A stretch of 63,606 bases of DNA, the filler included, from Welwitschia mirabilis (taxonomy: Eukaryota): the NCBI GenBank assembly GCA_051453625.1. It is 6 parts of one record of this genome, joined end to end, with 100 filler letters (N's around TTAATTAATTAA, not from the genome) between each part and the next. Parts side by side here need not be neighbours in the genome. Positions count along the whole stretch, not along the records: positions 1 to 20,342 come from JBOZIK010000001.1; 5 more parts are not named here. One strand, written 5' to 3'. The notes under the pieces are model-generated. The model searched no databases. It was not told where the DNA came from and saw nothing but the letters and a program-made list of their open reading frames with translations. Positions within the stretch are counted from its first letter, which is position 1; every line of letters begins with the position of its first letter. Shown piece by piece: positions 1 to 12,499 of this stretch. Made by a program: the position numbers and the translations under genes.

Positions 1-1230
1 CAGAATTTTCCAGGATTAGTCTCAACTTTTGAATAAACTTTTCAAGGATTAGTCTCAACCTTTCACAAAGTAGGATAGTAATGCAATAATGCCAATATGC
101 ATGGATATCACTCATTCTTGATATAGTAGATTTGATGGAGCTCTTCTCCTATAGATGCATAATAGATGAAGCACAAGATCTGACCTTGAATGTAGAGATA
201 ATATGAACAATAAATCTTCCTTGGTAAGAAGTATAAATGCTCAGGCTTAATAACAAATATCTTATGATTTTAGTGCTAGTTTCTTAGATCTAAAAGATTT
301 ACTAGATTAATAAAGGTTCCAAAAGTTTCTATGATCATTTATCTTTTGGCTATTTATATTGGAAGGATTTTAGGATTTATTACATTTGAAATGCGCTTTC
401 AATAGCTATAAACAACTAGAAAATGGCTATCTAACAGATACATAATGGATAGAAAATTTGAGTTCTATTTCATCCTATTACCCTTCAAAAGTTTGGTTGA
501 TCCCATTAGGTACTATGACTTATATAAGTCTCCCAAGTGAAAATTTTTATTACCCTAATTTATTGCAGCTTAATATCTAATTGATCCCATATGGGTCTGG
601 TCAACCCCTAGTCCGGTTGCCCGCAACAAAATCTGGTTATCTGCTTGTCCTAATAAATATCTTTTCAATTTTCAAAATTAGGCCTAGTCAACCCCTTCAA
701 GTATCTAGTTGACCCCATAACAATTGGCTTAAGAGTATTAGCTGCATAGTGCTCAGGTCTGGCTGACCCCATCAGAGGTCTAGTTAACCCATTGTAAATC
801 AGTTTAGGGGTACTATTCCTTGGTTCATAGATCTAATCAACCCTATAGTGGATCTAGTTGACCCCTTTTCATTCAATCTAGGGATATTATTATTAGGTCC
901 TCAAATCTGATCAACCCCCAAAAGGTCTAGTCGACCACTTGCCATTTGATTCAAGGACATTGGTTCTCGAGGTTACAGATCTAGTCGATCCCATCAAAAA
1001 TCTAGTCAACCCCTCTAGATTTATTTTATTTTGTCTATCTTTTTCAGGTGCAGTCGACCCCTTGAAAATCTGGTCGACCCATGAACTGACATATTTCTAG
1101 TTTTTAGAACCTAATGGTTTTAGTTTTATCTTTTGACCTATAAGTAATTAACATCTTTTACATAAGATAGAAAAAATTTATTATACAGGAAACATTAGTT
1201 TAACATCAATTGATAAAACATAATCTAACA
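1..1230 (-). mobile_element. SIRE-like Copia LTR (family C), truncated by window edge and inserted into an older Copia pol
   Basis: Reverse complement starts TGTTAGATTATGTTTTATCAATTGATG at 1230 and aligns by eye with the LTR starting TGTTAGACTATGTATTGCTAATTGATG at 53479. It shares the GATCTAGTCGACCCC motif cluster and the 33-bp AAAGGTTGAGACT repeat (1-65). It directly abuts an RNase H remnant. Confidence 0.75.
490..1085. repeat. Cluster of dispersed ~15-bp palindromic motifs (GATCTAGTCGACCCC consensus) in LTR U3
   Basis: More than ten decayed copies, e.g. gatctagttgacccc, ggtctagtcgacc, gatctagtcgatccc, tctggtcgaccc. Repeated palindromic motifs are typical of Sirevirus LTRs. Confidence 0.7.
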
Positions 1231-1240
1231 ATTTATAGTT

Positions 1241-1555
1241 CAAGCTAAGTATATTGTAGTAGGAAGTTGTTATGAACTACTTCTATGGATAAAGCAAACA
1301 TTAAAATATTTTGGTTTGTCTATGAATAGCATTCCTTTTTATTATGCCAATAAAAATATCACTAATATCTCAAAGACTCCCATACAACACTTAAGAACAA
1401 AACAAATTAATATTTGACATCACTTTCCAAGAGAAATTTATAGAGTAGAGATATTACAATGCAATATATTAATACAAATGATCATCTTAAAGATGCATTT
1501 ATAAAAACTCTAGGAACTCAAAGATATATTAACTTATATAGGGACTTAGGAATTG
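1241..1555 (+). pseudogene. Copia/SIRE RNase H remnant
   Basis: Translates QAKYIVVGSCYELLLWIKQTLKYFG...IPFYYANKNITNISKTPIQHLRTKQINI*HHFPRE, matching Copia AEAEYIAAGSCCAQLLWMKQTL...NISKNPVQHSRTKHIDIRHHF. Contains a stop and a frameshift. Confidence 0.85.
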
Positions 1556-2499
1556 GACCTTCTCTAATAAGGTAAGTGATTAGGCAATATCTATTTAAGG
1601 TCTTAACTGCACATTGTATTTATCTTGTGATTTGNNNNNNNNNNNNNNNNNNNNNNNNNNNNNNNNNNNNNNNNNNNNNNNNNNNNNNNNNNNNNNNNNN
1701 NNNNNNNNNNNNNNNNNNNNNNNNNNNNNNNNNNCTTAACTGCACATTATATTTATCTTGTGATTTGATATTCAAATTAGAAGTGGTGATTTTAACTAAA
1801 GTTAGATTATTATGTAATATTCTTTCCAAACTATTACTATGATTTCATGAGTTATATATCCTTTCAAAAATTCTAAAAATTTATTAAAAACATCTCAACC
1901 TTGGCATATGTCTCTTAGTAAGATGTCTTAAAAATTGTAGATGTCTTAACATGCACTATTAATAAGAAAAATAAAAAAACCAAAACACTAGTTGGTATTA
2001 GGATATTATGAAGGCATATGTGTAGGAGGAGTTTTAGACTCTTGAATTTACATTTCTTTTGTCTACTATCCAAAAAATGGAAGAAGTATTAGCAAATCAT
2101 TGATAAATCAACAGTGTCACAGTGGTATTTAGTTGAAGATTTGGTAAATAATTGGAACATTTTTTTTTTTAACTATGCAATATTCTAATTATGTTATTTT
2201 GTGATTAAAATGCTTTTATAAGATGATAGCATATTTCCATTACTATATGTCATTAAGCATTTACTAAATTTTTTTAGTTCCTCTAGAGTATATCTATGTA
2301 ATTTTATTATTCAAGTGGTAATTATGTATCCTAGTCCTTTAAGTGATACATATCTATATGCTTCTATCTTATTTTGAGTAGTGGATATCATGACTATTAC
2401 AACTAGTGATTATGTGCATTTCTCTTAAATAAAAATGTATGATTTTAATTGATTTGTTAAGATTTCACTAATGAGGTTTACTAAGTTTTGGACATCATC

Positions 2500-4235
2500 A
2501 AAAAGGAGGAGATTGTTATAAAACCTAGTTTTGATGATTCTACTTGTCAGATATCTTATTTCATTATGTAGATAGGTTATTACATGAATATTAGATCTTT
2601 ATAGACACTAGATCATAATGGATTTTTGCAAGAAACATCTTACAAATAGGATCAAANNNNNNNNNNNNNNNNNNNNNNNNNNNNNNNNNNNNNNNNNNNN
2701 NNNNNNNNNNNNNNNNNNNNNNNNNNNNNNNNNNNNNNNNNNNNNNNNNNNNNNNNATTAGATCTTTATAGACACTAGATCATAATGGAGTTTTGCAAGA
2801 AACATCTTACAAATAGGATCGAAGGCTAAACTACCAAATCAATTTTTAAAGATTCTTGGGAAAGTGAACACATCTTAAATGAAGATGTTTGGAAATTTGA
2901 AGATATATTAAATGTACTACAATTTAGTGGTAGGCCAAAAACATCTATCATATTCAAGACCACTAAAATAAAAGTTGGATCTAACATGGATANNNNNNNN
3001 NNNNNNNNNNNNNNNNNNNNNNNNNNNNNNNNNNNNNNNNNNNNNNNNNNNNNNNNNNNNNNNNNNNNNNNNNNNNNNNNNNNNNNNNNNNNAGACAACT
3101 AAAATAAAAGTTGGATCTAACATGGATAAAAAAAGTCTACAAAATTGAAGACATTTACACTGAGTCAAAAGAGGTAACAGAGTCGATTTTATTTTAAACT
3201 TATATCTTGAATTTTAGGTGAGATATTAACTTGTACATAGTGAATTGATGATCGTGGAGGTCCAATGATATCATAGTGCAAATTTCATCAAAATCTAAAC
3301 AAGCTAACTTAAGACATCTATAAAGTAAAAACATCTAGAAAGAAGATTTCCATAAAAATGAAGACATCTCAAATGAATTAGCCTATAACATTCAAGATGT
3401 CTTAGATCAAAGTTCATATATATTAAAAGAAAAATTATGCTTTTTAAGAATAGATATTAGCTATCCATTGCACAGTAGTTACATATTTAAACAACTATAT
3501 TTCAAGCTTAAATGGCTAGATCTTTCTCAATATTATAAAGTCTCAAAATCATGATTCTAAAAAGGGATTTTAACACTTCATTGATCAATTAGAAATACAG
3601 ATATTTCTTAGCTATTAATGATCAAATAAAAAGAAATCTTGCATGCGTAAAAGACACTCCACATGAAGAATCAAAGCATCATTAAAAATGAGCTATTACT
3701 ACTATTATTATTTACTTTTTAATCTTCATTGCTATATTCTTAATTCATATTCATGACTACAACAACAACTTTAAGAATCTCAGGATCTTCATCAAAGAAA
3801 ACCCAAACTTATTATTGTATTGCATTTTGGCTTTACATTGTGAACTATTTCATTATTGAATGTTATTGCAAAGTTTATTCTTGAATACTAAACATATTAT
3901 AAAGAAAACCTTATATGGGTGTGCATTTAAAGTTGTGCTAGTAAGAAATTGTTTGTGGTAAAGGTTATTGGTAAGCCAAAAAACCATTATTTCTTAAAAA
4001 TGGAGAGAGTGTTATCCTACGAAGACTCTCATTTGTTGTAAGGTTGGTGGTGCACCAGAAAATTGGTATTTTCTTATAAGTTAAGAATATCAAGAGGTAT
4101 GAGTAGAAGTTATCCTCTGTCTGTGGATGTACCTAGGTTGAAAAACCATGTTATCTTAGTAAGGTCTTTTGTTGTGCATTTCCAATCTATGATTTGGTTT
4201 AAATTTTTATTTGATAAAATACATTCATCCATTTC
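2500..4235 (+). mobile_element. PPT and 3' LTR of the older SIRE-like element
   Basis: CATCATCAAAAAGGAGGAGAT followed by TGTT...GTTTTGATGAT at 2514, the classic Sirevirus PPT/LTR junction. It lies downstream of the RNase H remnant. The right end is approximate. Confidence 0.65.
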
Positions 4236-4239
4236 CTTT

Positions 4240-7200
4240 GAGTTCAAATCGATCTTTAATAACCCATAAGTGGATTAAGGTGAACTTCCCCAGTTAATAA
4301 AAAAAGATGGGGTTTTATGGGCTTTGGTCTAAAAGGATTGTCTTAGTAGCGGCACTAGTGCTATAAGCTAGAATTTCTTCAAGTTTTGTAATTTATCCAA
4401 AATCTAGCAGTAAACTTAGTAATGTTAGAAAAAAGATAATATTTCATGAAAACATGTATGATAGGCTAATGATTAAATATCTTTTCATTGCAAAATTGAT
4501 CAATTATATTTTCTTAGAATGTTAATTTTTGCATGTAAACATGCTTCCTAACAAAGCTCTTGCTTTTTAGCAAAAAATTGATAAAGAAATGATCAACATG
4601 AAAAAATTAACTAAGTAAAAATGTTTAAGTATAGAAATAATAAGATCTTGAAAATTTTTTAATTAATTTTTAATAATAAAGGCCTGAAAATTGAAAAAAT
4701 TCTATAAAACTAAATGCCATACTGCCTAACCAAAATTAAACTTTATTCTTAAAATTTATAAAGACATAGCATTTTGATACAAATCATTGATAATAAGTCA
4801 ATTAAATAACATAGCTTTTTATGCAAGGTTAGCAAACAATCTTGATGTAAGTGCTTAGGAAAGACTACAATGCAATCTAAGAAAAACAAAATATGAAACC
4901 TAATGGAAATTACATTGTCCAAAAATTTAAAAAATAGATTACCTAGATTAATGGCCACATTTATTAAAATTTTTATAAATTTTATTTAAATTTAAAATGT
5001 ATTACATTATAAAATAAACAAGATATCTTCCAAGTAAACATGTAAGCAATCAAAAATTAGTTAAGCAAATCTCCAAGTACATAAGTTAAAGAAAGTAAAT
5101 ATAAACACATCTCCAAATTCCACTTTTATGATTCCAATTTTTACCTTTTTCATAATGATACTTTATTCTTTGTTTTAAGCATTTAAACCAAATTAGGAAT
5201 TCAATGTTATGACATCTTCTTCCAATAGAGCTAAGCATATTGATATATGAAGGAGTCAATGCTACATTAGCAATGAACATCTATTGGCCCAATGTAGTTG
5301 AACATGTCATAAGATAAATAATTAGAGCTACATTGCTAGTGAGCATTTGTAGCCTCGATGCAGTTAACTAAACCCAATTTTTAATTGATCATTATGTAAT
5401 GTGCTCTTTGAAGAGGAGATATTTTAGTTTCTTTTAATTACTCATCATATTCAGTTGATTTTGATGCACATGAAGTGGTCATTGACTCAATATTCTAATC
5501 AAGACAAATTTCATCCCCATAACACGCTTTAAAAATAATCAAATATCTTGAAAGTAGATCCCACTTAGTTCAACCATAATTTTTTGTTATGAGATATTAA
5601 GTAAAACTAACTTTAAAAAGTTAACTTGAAGGTAAGCAAAACCTCTTCTGATAAAATTACAAGTAAACTTAAATTTCACATAATCTGCAATGACAAGGTA
5701 ATAACTTATAATTGGTTTATTTTATTAAGGATCATTAACTACTATCATCTAATATTAAAGACTCATGAAGAGATGGAGGGTAAGAATGATTGGTAAAGTT
5801 AAGGAGGTAGTGCCAAGGTGGTTGGGATAGATGATATAAATTAAGATAATTGTGATTCATTTTGTGGTGTATGTGGTATTTAGGATTTCCTAAATGAACA
5901 TATTTAAAGTGGTGATGATAAAGATGGTAGTTCTTAAGTGGTTTAAGATGTAAAAAGGCATCATGTACAAATTCCTTTAAAATTTCTATTTTTTCAAATC
6001 ATAATTTACTCTAAAAGGATAATATATTTTAAATAAAAACTAACTTAAGGACATGCCAAAAAAGTAAAAATTCCACAATGGATTTTCCAAGGTAATGTAT
6101 ACATAAGGGTTTAAAATGATGAATGTTAAGGTTGGATGTTATGTCAAAGTTATGCAAAGCTATCAAATATTAAAGAGAATACTTGTAAATATTTATGCAC
6201 AACTCTACAAAAATTGGAAAAACATCAACACCAGTAGTGAAATTAATCTATTTTAAATTAGTAATAATTTAATCTTTAGCCTATTTGTATTTACTTAACA
6301 ACTCATGCAAGACATTATTTTGGGATGAAAACAAGGACATGTTGAAACCATTGAAGAAGGAAAATGATCATTAAAAAGTTTATCAGAAAAGGTTTCAAAG
6401 TACAAAGAATTTGTCTTCTTTATTGAGGTTTGAGTCTTGATTAGAAGATAGTGACATGATTGGATTAATATTTTATTGAGAAAAAATAATGATTTTTCAA
6501 AGGATGGATTATTNNNNNNNNNNNNNNNNNNNNNNNNNNNNNNNNNNNNNNNNNNNNNNNNNNNNNNNNNNNNNNNNNNNNNNNNNNNNNNNNNNNNNNN
6601 NNNNNNNNNNNNNAAATAATGATTTTTCAAAGGATGGATTATTAAGAAGCTCTTCACTAATGTTCTTCTCTTTAGTAGGTTTACTAAAGCATTCTTCCTT
6701 AAGTGGTTGCTTAAGAGATAAAGGTTGAGATGCAACATTTTCCTCATTCTTGTTACTTCTTGATTCATCCTCTATTATGTAACTCTTCAATTTATAGTCT
6801 CCTTCAAATGATTACATATTTACTATTGCTTGATTTTTGCCATGTAATGCATCTAATATTACTCTAAAGAATATCCTATTTGTGGATAGTTGTTCACTTT
6901 TTAATGCTTTTACAAACTTAAGGTTTTCTTGTCTTTCTTAATAGGATTCTTCATGGAATTCTTTATGGGTTTATTTCTCATTTCTGAAAGATAGGACTTG
7001 GGTATTATTGATTATTTCAAATCTTTTAAGATTTATAGGTTCATGGAATGTAAGAAAGTTTTCTTCTTCTTGTTATTGTTTAAGAGCCTTATGGATTTGA
7101 GAAGTTTTTCTTAGTCATTTATTGAAGACATTACTAAAGATTTTCATTGGTTTTATTAGTGGTTTCTTCCAATCATGAAGGGGATTAAATCATGTTAGAA

Positions 7201-9905
7201 GAATCTTATAAAAATATTTAAAAGGTATCTTCAAAAAAAGATGAGGAGGCTTGTTGGATGTAAAAAGATTTGGTTAAATGATGAAGAATATTAAAAGGAA
7301 GATGGATGATAAGGATTCAAGAATGATGAATATTAAAATGAAGATGAAGAATACAGATTATAAGGGGTAATGGAAGGCATGGGATCAAACTTTTATTATT
7401 TGATATAAATATTTTCATATTTAAAATTGCAAAGGATTCATTTATATATGGATGAGACTAAGGATACTTTTCAAAGATCTATCTAATGTCAATAGGATGT
7501 AGGGATTATGAAAGATATGAGTTGCATTAAAGGTAATCCCCTAGAATGTATTTAAGTTGAATGAAGTCTCTTATAGTTAATTTGAATTGATAATAGTTTT
7601 GAAAATTATAAGGATAGATAGGTTGTAGTATAGAATTTTTTTGAAGTGGGTTAGGTACCAAAATCCTTGTTAAGTTTTAGAAAATATGTTATAGAATTAA
7701 CTACAAGGTTATGTTTTATTAGCTTTTTGTAGTTTTAAAGGATGCCAGAAGATTTTTGAGAGGTTTTAATTAAAGTTTTATAGGTTTTTAAGAAAGAATG
7801 CTAGTAGCATTAGTCATGGAAGGTAGTGACATTAATTATTTAAGAAGAAATAAGTAGAGAATGTATAGAGTTCATGTTCAGATTAGTGCAATATGATTTA
7901 GATTACGAGGTCTCAAAAAATCTTATTAAAAATTCAAATTGACTATAACTTTGAAAATTGCAGCCTAGTAAAATAAAACTTAATGTTTTAATTTTCTTAA
8001 AATTTTAACAAAAATAAAACTAAGAAAATGAGAAAATTTACAAAAATTTATATAAAAAATAAAAATACAAGATACATAAAAATAAAGCATTAGAGCTTAG
8101 ATTTTCTCCTTTTTCAATCTCAATTTTGGTTATAACCTATAGAAAACTCATTAAACCTACAATATGAAATACTGATATAGAATTAAAATTTTAGTTCTTA
8201 GATGAAAAAACTAAACTTAACAATTTGGACTAATTTGGGTTTCATTGGAAAATGAGTAGTACCCACCACTAGAAGGAAACGTTAATACACAAACAAAAGA
8301 AAAAAAGATCAATTGAGGTATCACTAAAAAAAACCAATACCTATATTAGAAAAATAAAAAATAATTAAAAAATTACAAGAAGAAAACCATGCACTTCTAA
8401 AAAGTTATCATGTTAATATCTTGGACAATGACACCAAAACTCTTTTCATGTATAGAAGTGAATTAAATTTAAATAGATAAAAACCTGGTATTATTTTTTC
8501 ATAAGAATATATGTGGTAATATAATTGAAAGTAGTAGGATTATTTCAACTTGTAATGTAAAGAAAAGATACAAGAAAGATTAGAAATTTAACAATTTTGT
8601 TCATCTTAACTCAGTAACATAAGGGAATGGAAGTACTATAAAGGTCTAGCCAGTTTATCCAATGCTCTAGCTTCATTCCAATGATTTACATATTCTTAAA
8701 ACAGAACTAAAATCATCAAGTCATTAAAGGTTAAGCATAAAGACGTAATCTCATCCACCACATGAATGTTGATGAATTATTCAGTCCCTCTAATTATTCA
8801 TACCCTTTATAAGAATGGAAAGTATAAATGAATGTGCATAAGATCTATCAAATAATAGTAACTATTACATCTTAAAAGTAATCTTAAACAATTCACTTAG
8901 TATAAAAGAAGTTAACAATAATGTATATTTACTTAAATATTACTAATAAAAATTTAATATGCATTAATAATAAAAGAATGAAACCTATGTAAGAACTAGT
9001 CTTACCCAAAGATTGCTAATACTAAATGAATTATACATTAATAATGAAAGGAATAAAAATCAATTCTTATGTTAAAACTAAAAGTATACATTACATCAAT
9101 GGAGAGGGAGGCAAAGATGAATTACTTATCAACTAGCTTTAAAACATTTTACTCCTAAGAAAGATGATTAGAACATCATGATATTCTAGTAATCCAAGTC
9201 TTCCCCGCATTAGCCAACCAAAAGATTCATTACAATGGGGGTTGAAGGACCTTTTATAGATGAGGAAAGACTTCAAAAGAATCATCATTATTGCATTAGA
9301 TGAGTAGTTAATGGATAGTTACATAAGGGAGGTTACATTAGAATGGTTACCTAAGGAGGAAATTACATTTTTTGGCCTACAGCCACAAAGAAGGATTCTT
9401 TATCTTCTTATGCAAACATAGTAATAACATGTTCTTTGACTACTAATGACAGTAGCAATAGATTTCATTTCATATGTCTTTCACATAGTTATTCTTATTA
9501 CACCAAATGTTACTACGATGTATCATCTTGCACTTCTTCTTTGTGTCATTATGTTTGAAGATTTATTTTAGATTAAATTCTAACTTAGCCTATAAGTGGA
9601 TTATGATGAACTCCATGAATTAATTAAAAAAACATAAGTGTTAACATGTTTTGGCTCAGAAAGCTAGTAATGCTACTAGTCCTCGCCCATATGCTAGTGT
9701 TATTTGTTAGAATTTATTCAAGTTTTGCAATTTTCTCTAAAATCCAGTAATAAACCTACTAGTATTAGGAGAAAGTTAATATTTTATGAAAGTATGATAA
9801 AAATGGTAAAAGACGTTATTTTATAATAATTTAATGAATTAAATATTTTCTCTATGTAGAATTAATCAATTATATGACTAGAATGTCAATTTTTATGTGT
9901 AGACA
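4240..9905 (-). mobile_element. Non-autonomous Athila/Tat-like Gypsy element (family D, copy 1), LARD-like
   Basis: LTR homology between 4255-4540 and 9586-9905, both ending GAATGT(T/C)AATTTTT...ACA. Decayed PBS at 8422-8439. Body is homologous to 28300-29990 (inverted) and 31446-34659. No gag/pol motifs recognised. Confidence 0.6.
8422..8439 (-). other. Decayed primer-binding site (TGGCGCCGTTGCC type)
   Basis: Reverse complement TTTTGGTGTCATTGTCCA equals TTTTGGCGCCGTTGCC with C>T/G>A changes, adjacent to the family D 5' LTR. Confidence 0.55.
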
Positions 9906-11933
9906 CCTCTACCTACTACTTTGTTTGTGATTGATTGACCTTCCAAATTATAATGGATGCACTTATAAGACATAATTATTTAACATTGACTACAGGAAAT
10001 TGTGGATGTGCATGTGGGATTAATGCCTATATTCAAGGTTACTTGAGTTAGAACATGGATGGAAATACATGATTATTCTTTGAGTAACATGTGGACATAT
10101 AGCTAGATTATTATTTATAGAAGAAGTTATGAATAATAAGTAGGATCACATAATCATAAATTATAAAACTTATGATGTTATTATATTATTAGATTATGAT
10201 TTATATATCTTCATAAAATAATATGCATTAATTTTCTATTATTGAACTAAATCTATTTAATAAAAATAGAATTTTTAATTAGAGTAATTTCCTCTTGGAA
10301 ATTGTAGCTTATTCAAGAGTATGATATAATACTATTTATAAGTGGACAAAGATTCAATTTATCTACTTCTTTTTTTAATTTTCATGTATCTTCTTTAACA
10401 TTGACTAGCACCACTTGATTTTATCTTATAAGATATTATTATTTTATAGTTTACATGCATGATGATATAAGATTATTTCTAATCCATTTGTAATTGAGGT
10501 GTCAAATTTAACTCACATGTTGTACTAATTTGTAAGATATGATTAATCATAAAAATAATTTCTTAATATATTAAAATGAGACATGTTATTCATATATAAT
10601 AATTAGATTACTAAATCTAGTTTAAATATTAAATTTCAAACCTTTTATAATATCTTAAATGATCCACGATATCTAGGTGTTAAGTTTGATATTTTTATGC
10701 CATTCATAATAGCTTTCATAGGGGTAAGTTTTAGGAACATGTTTTCATCCCCTTGAAATTATAATGGCCTTCTTTGTATGCTATTATAGCTAATGACATG
10801 TAAAAATTGATATTTACATTAAGATATCTCAACCATGTTAGCAATATTAATTCATCATCATAATAGTTTTATGCATCTTTCATGCTTAAGGCTATGAAAA
10901 TCTACTTTTACTAATAGTTTGCCTTAATGCTATTATTTTATAAAATCCTAGCATCATTTAAAGCATGCTAGTGGAAGTTAAAGTGTGCTAATCAACTTAG
11001 GAAGTGACACTGATTTTAGAAGTACCAGTGTTGATTATTATATGTAGAATAGAATAATACTTAAATTCTTATGCCTTCATATTCTAATCAATCCATCTCA
11101 CACATTTTTAAAATTAGTTGATAAAAAATAATATTTTCTATGGGAAATGCCTCAATTTAGCCCCATAACTAAAGAATGATCCCATTACACTTAACTTTAG
11201 TTTAATTAGAGAAGTGTTGATTATCATTTTTACAAAAATACTATTAAATATTTAATCATGAGTTCTTTCTAGACCTCCCATTAGGGATGAGCTAGCTTTC
11301 AAGATAGCATGATATTTCTCAGATTAGCATAAGTGCTTTTCATTAATTATATTCCTTTACTCATGTAATAATAAAGTATTACATATTATTTTCTTATTTC
11401 ATCACTTTGATATCAAGTGGTGATTTCGTTATACTTGTTAGGCTTAGAATTGATTAAGTTGTGTTTAGTACTTTAATATTTCATGTGGGATCTATCTTTG
11501 TATTTTGGTTTCATAATTTGAATTTTTATTAAATCCTTTCTGTGAAAGCTAAAGTGTCTTGAAGGTGCCACCTTCATGTCTATGATGAATAAGATATACC
11601 ACCATGCTTGAGATAAACTACTAGAGTAAGAATACATGAATTTAATTAAAGACTTTTGCTACCTTTGAATTCCTTATGATAATATCAAAATTATGTTTCA
11701 TTTTTAGCTTTCTTATATAATTTTAATTACCTTTTAATTTTACTTGATTTATTAATAGTTTACCACATATATCTCATTGAAGAATGACATTGGGACTATA
11801 CTACAAATGGAAGTCTAGTATATTTGGTAAAATTTGGATTTGGATATGTAAGATTTTTCTTCTTGGGATAATCTTGCATATTATCATAAATTAATAATAG
11901 ATACAAGCATCGATAAATTTAACCACAAATAGC

Positions 11934-11956
11934 TTTTTGACATCATTGTTAAGGAT
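11934..11956 (+). other. Decayed Athila-type PBS of another Gypsy remnant
   Basis: TTTTTGACATCATTGTTAAGGAT versus consensus TTTTTGGCGCCGTTGCCGGGGA, differing by transitions only. Followed by a T-rich 5' UTR-like tract. Confidence 0.45.
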
Positions 11957-12499
11957 AGTGACATGATAGCTATAGTCTAGTATGCATAAAATTTACATTA
12001 CTATAATTATTCTTTAGCTATTTTTATTTTTCCTGTTGTCCTTTATTTTTTTTCTTTATTTTATTTCACTTTATACTACTTGCTTTCTGGTGCTTTTTTT
12101 CTTTCTTTTTGTTCTTTTTATTTTCTCACTAATGGATTTGTATTAATTATGCCTAATACTTGATTGATGAAACTTGATCTAAGACTTCCTTTTTTCCTTT
12201 TGTTTTTGTTTTATTTTTATTTTTCTTTCATTCTTGGTGAAAATTATTTAGAATAGTATTTTAAATTTTCTTATACAAGTTGATCTTCAAGCTTAAAGAA
12301 AAGATAATAAACAACAAAAAAAAATCTTTCTTTTCTTCCTCTTTCTCTCTCTCCATCATTTTTCTATCTCTTTTCTCTTTTCTATCTGAGGTAAATTCCT
12401 TAGTAGGAACTTAAAAATATGTTTAAAGAAGATCATCATTAGTAAATGCTTAGAAAATTCATTTAATACATACATTTTTTTCCTTATATTTCATTGCAT

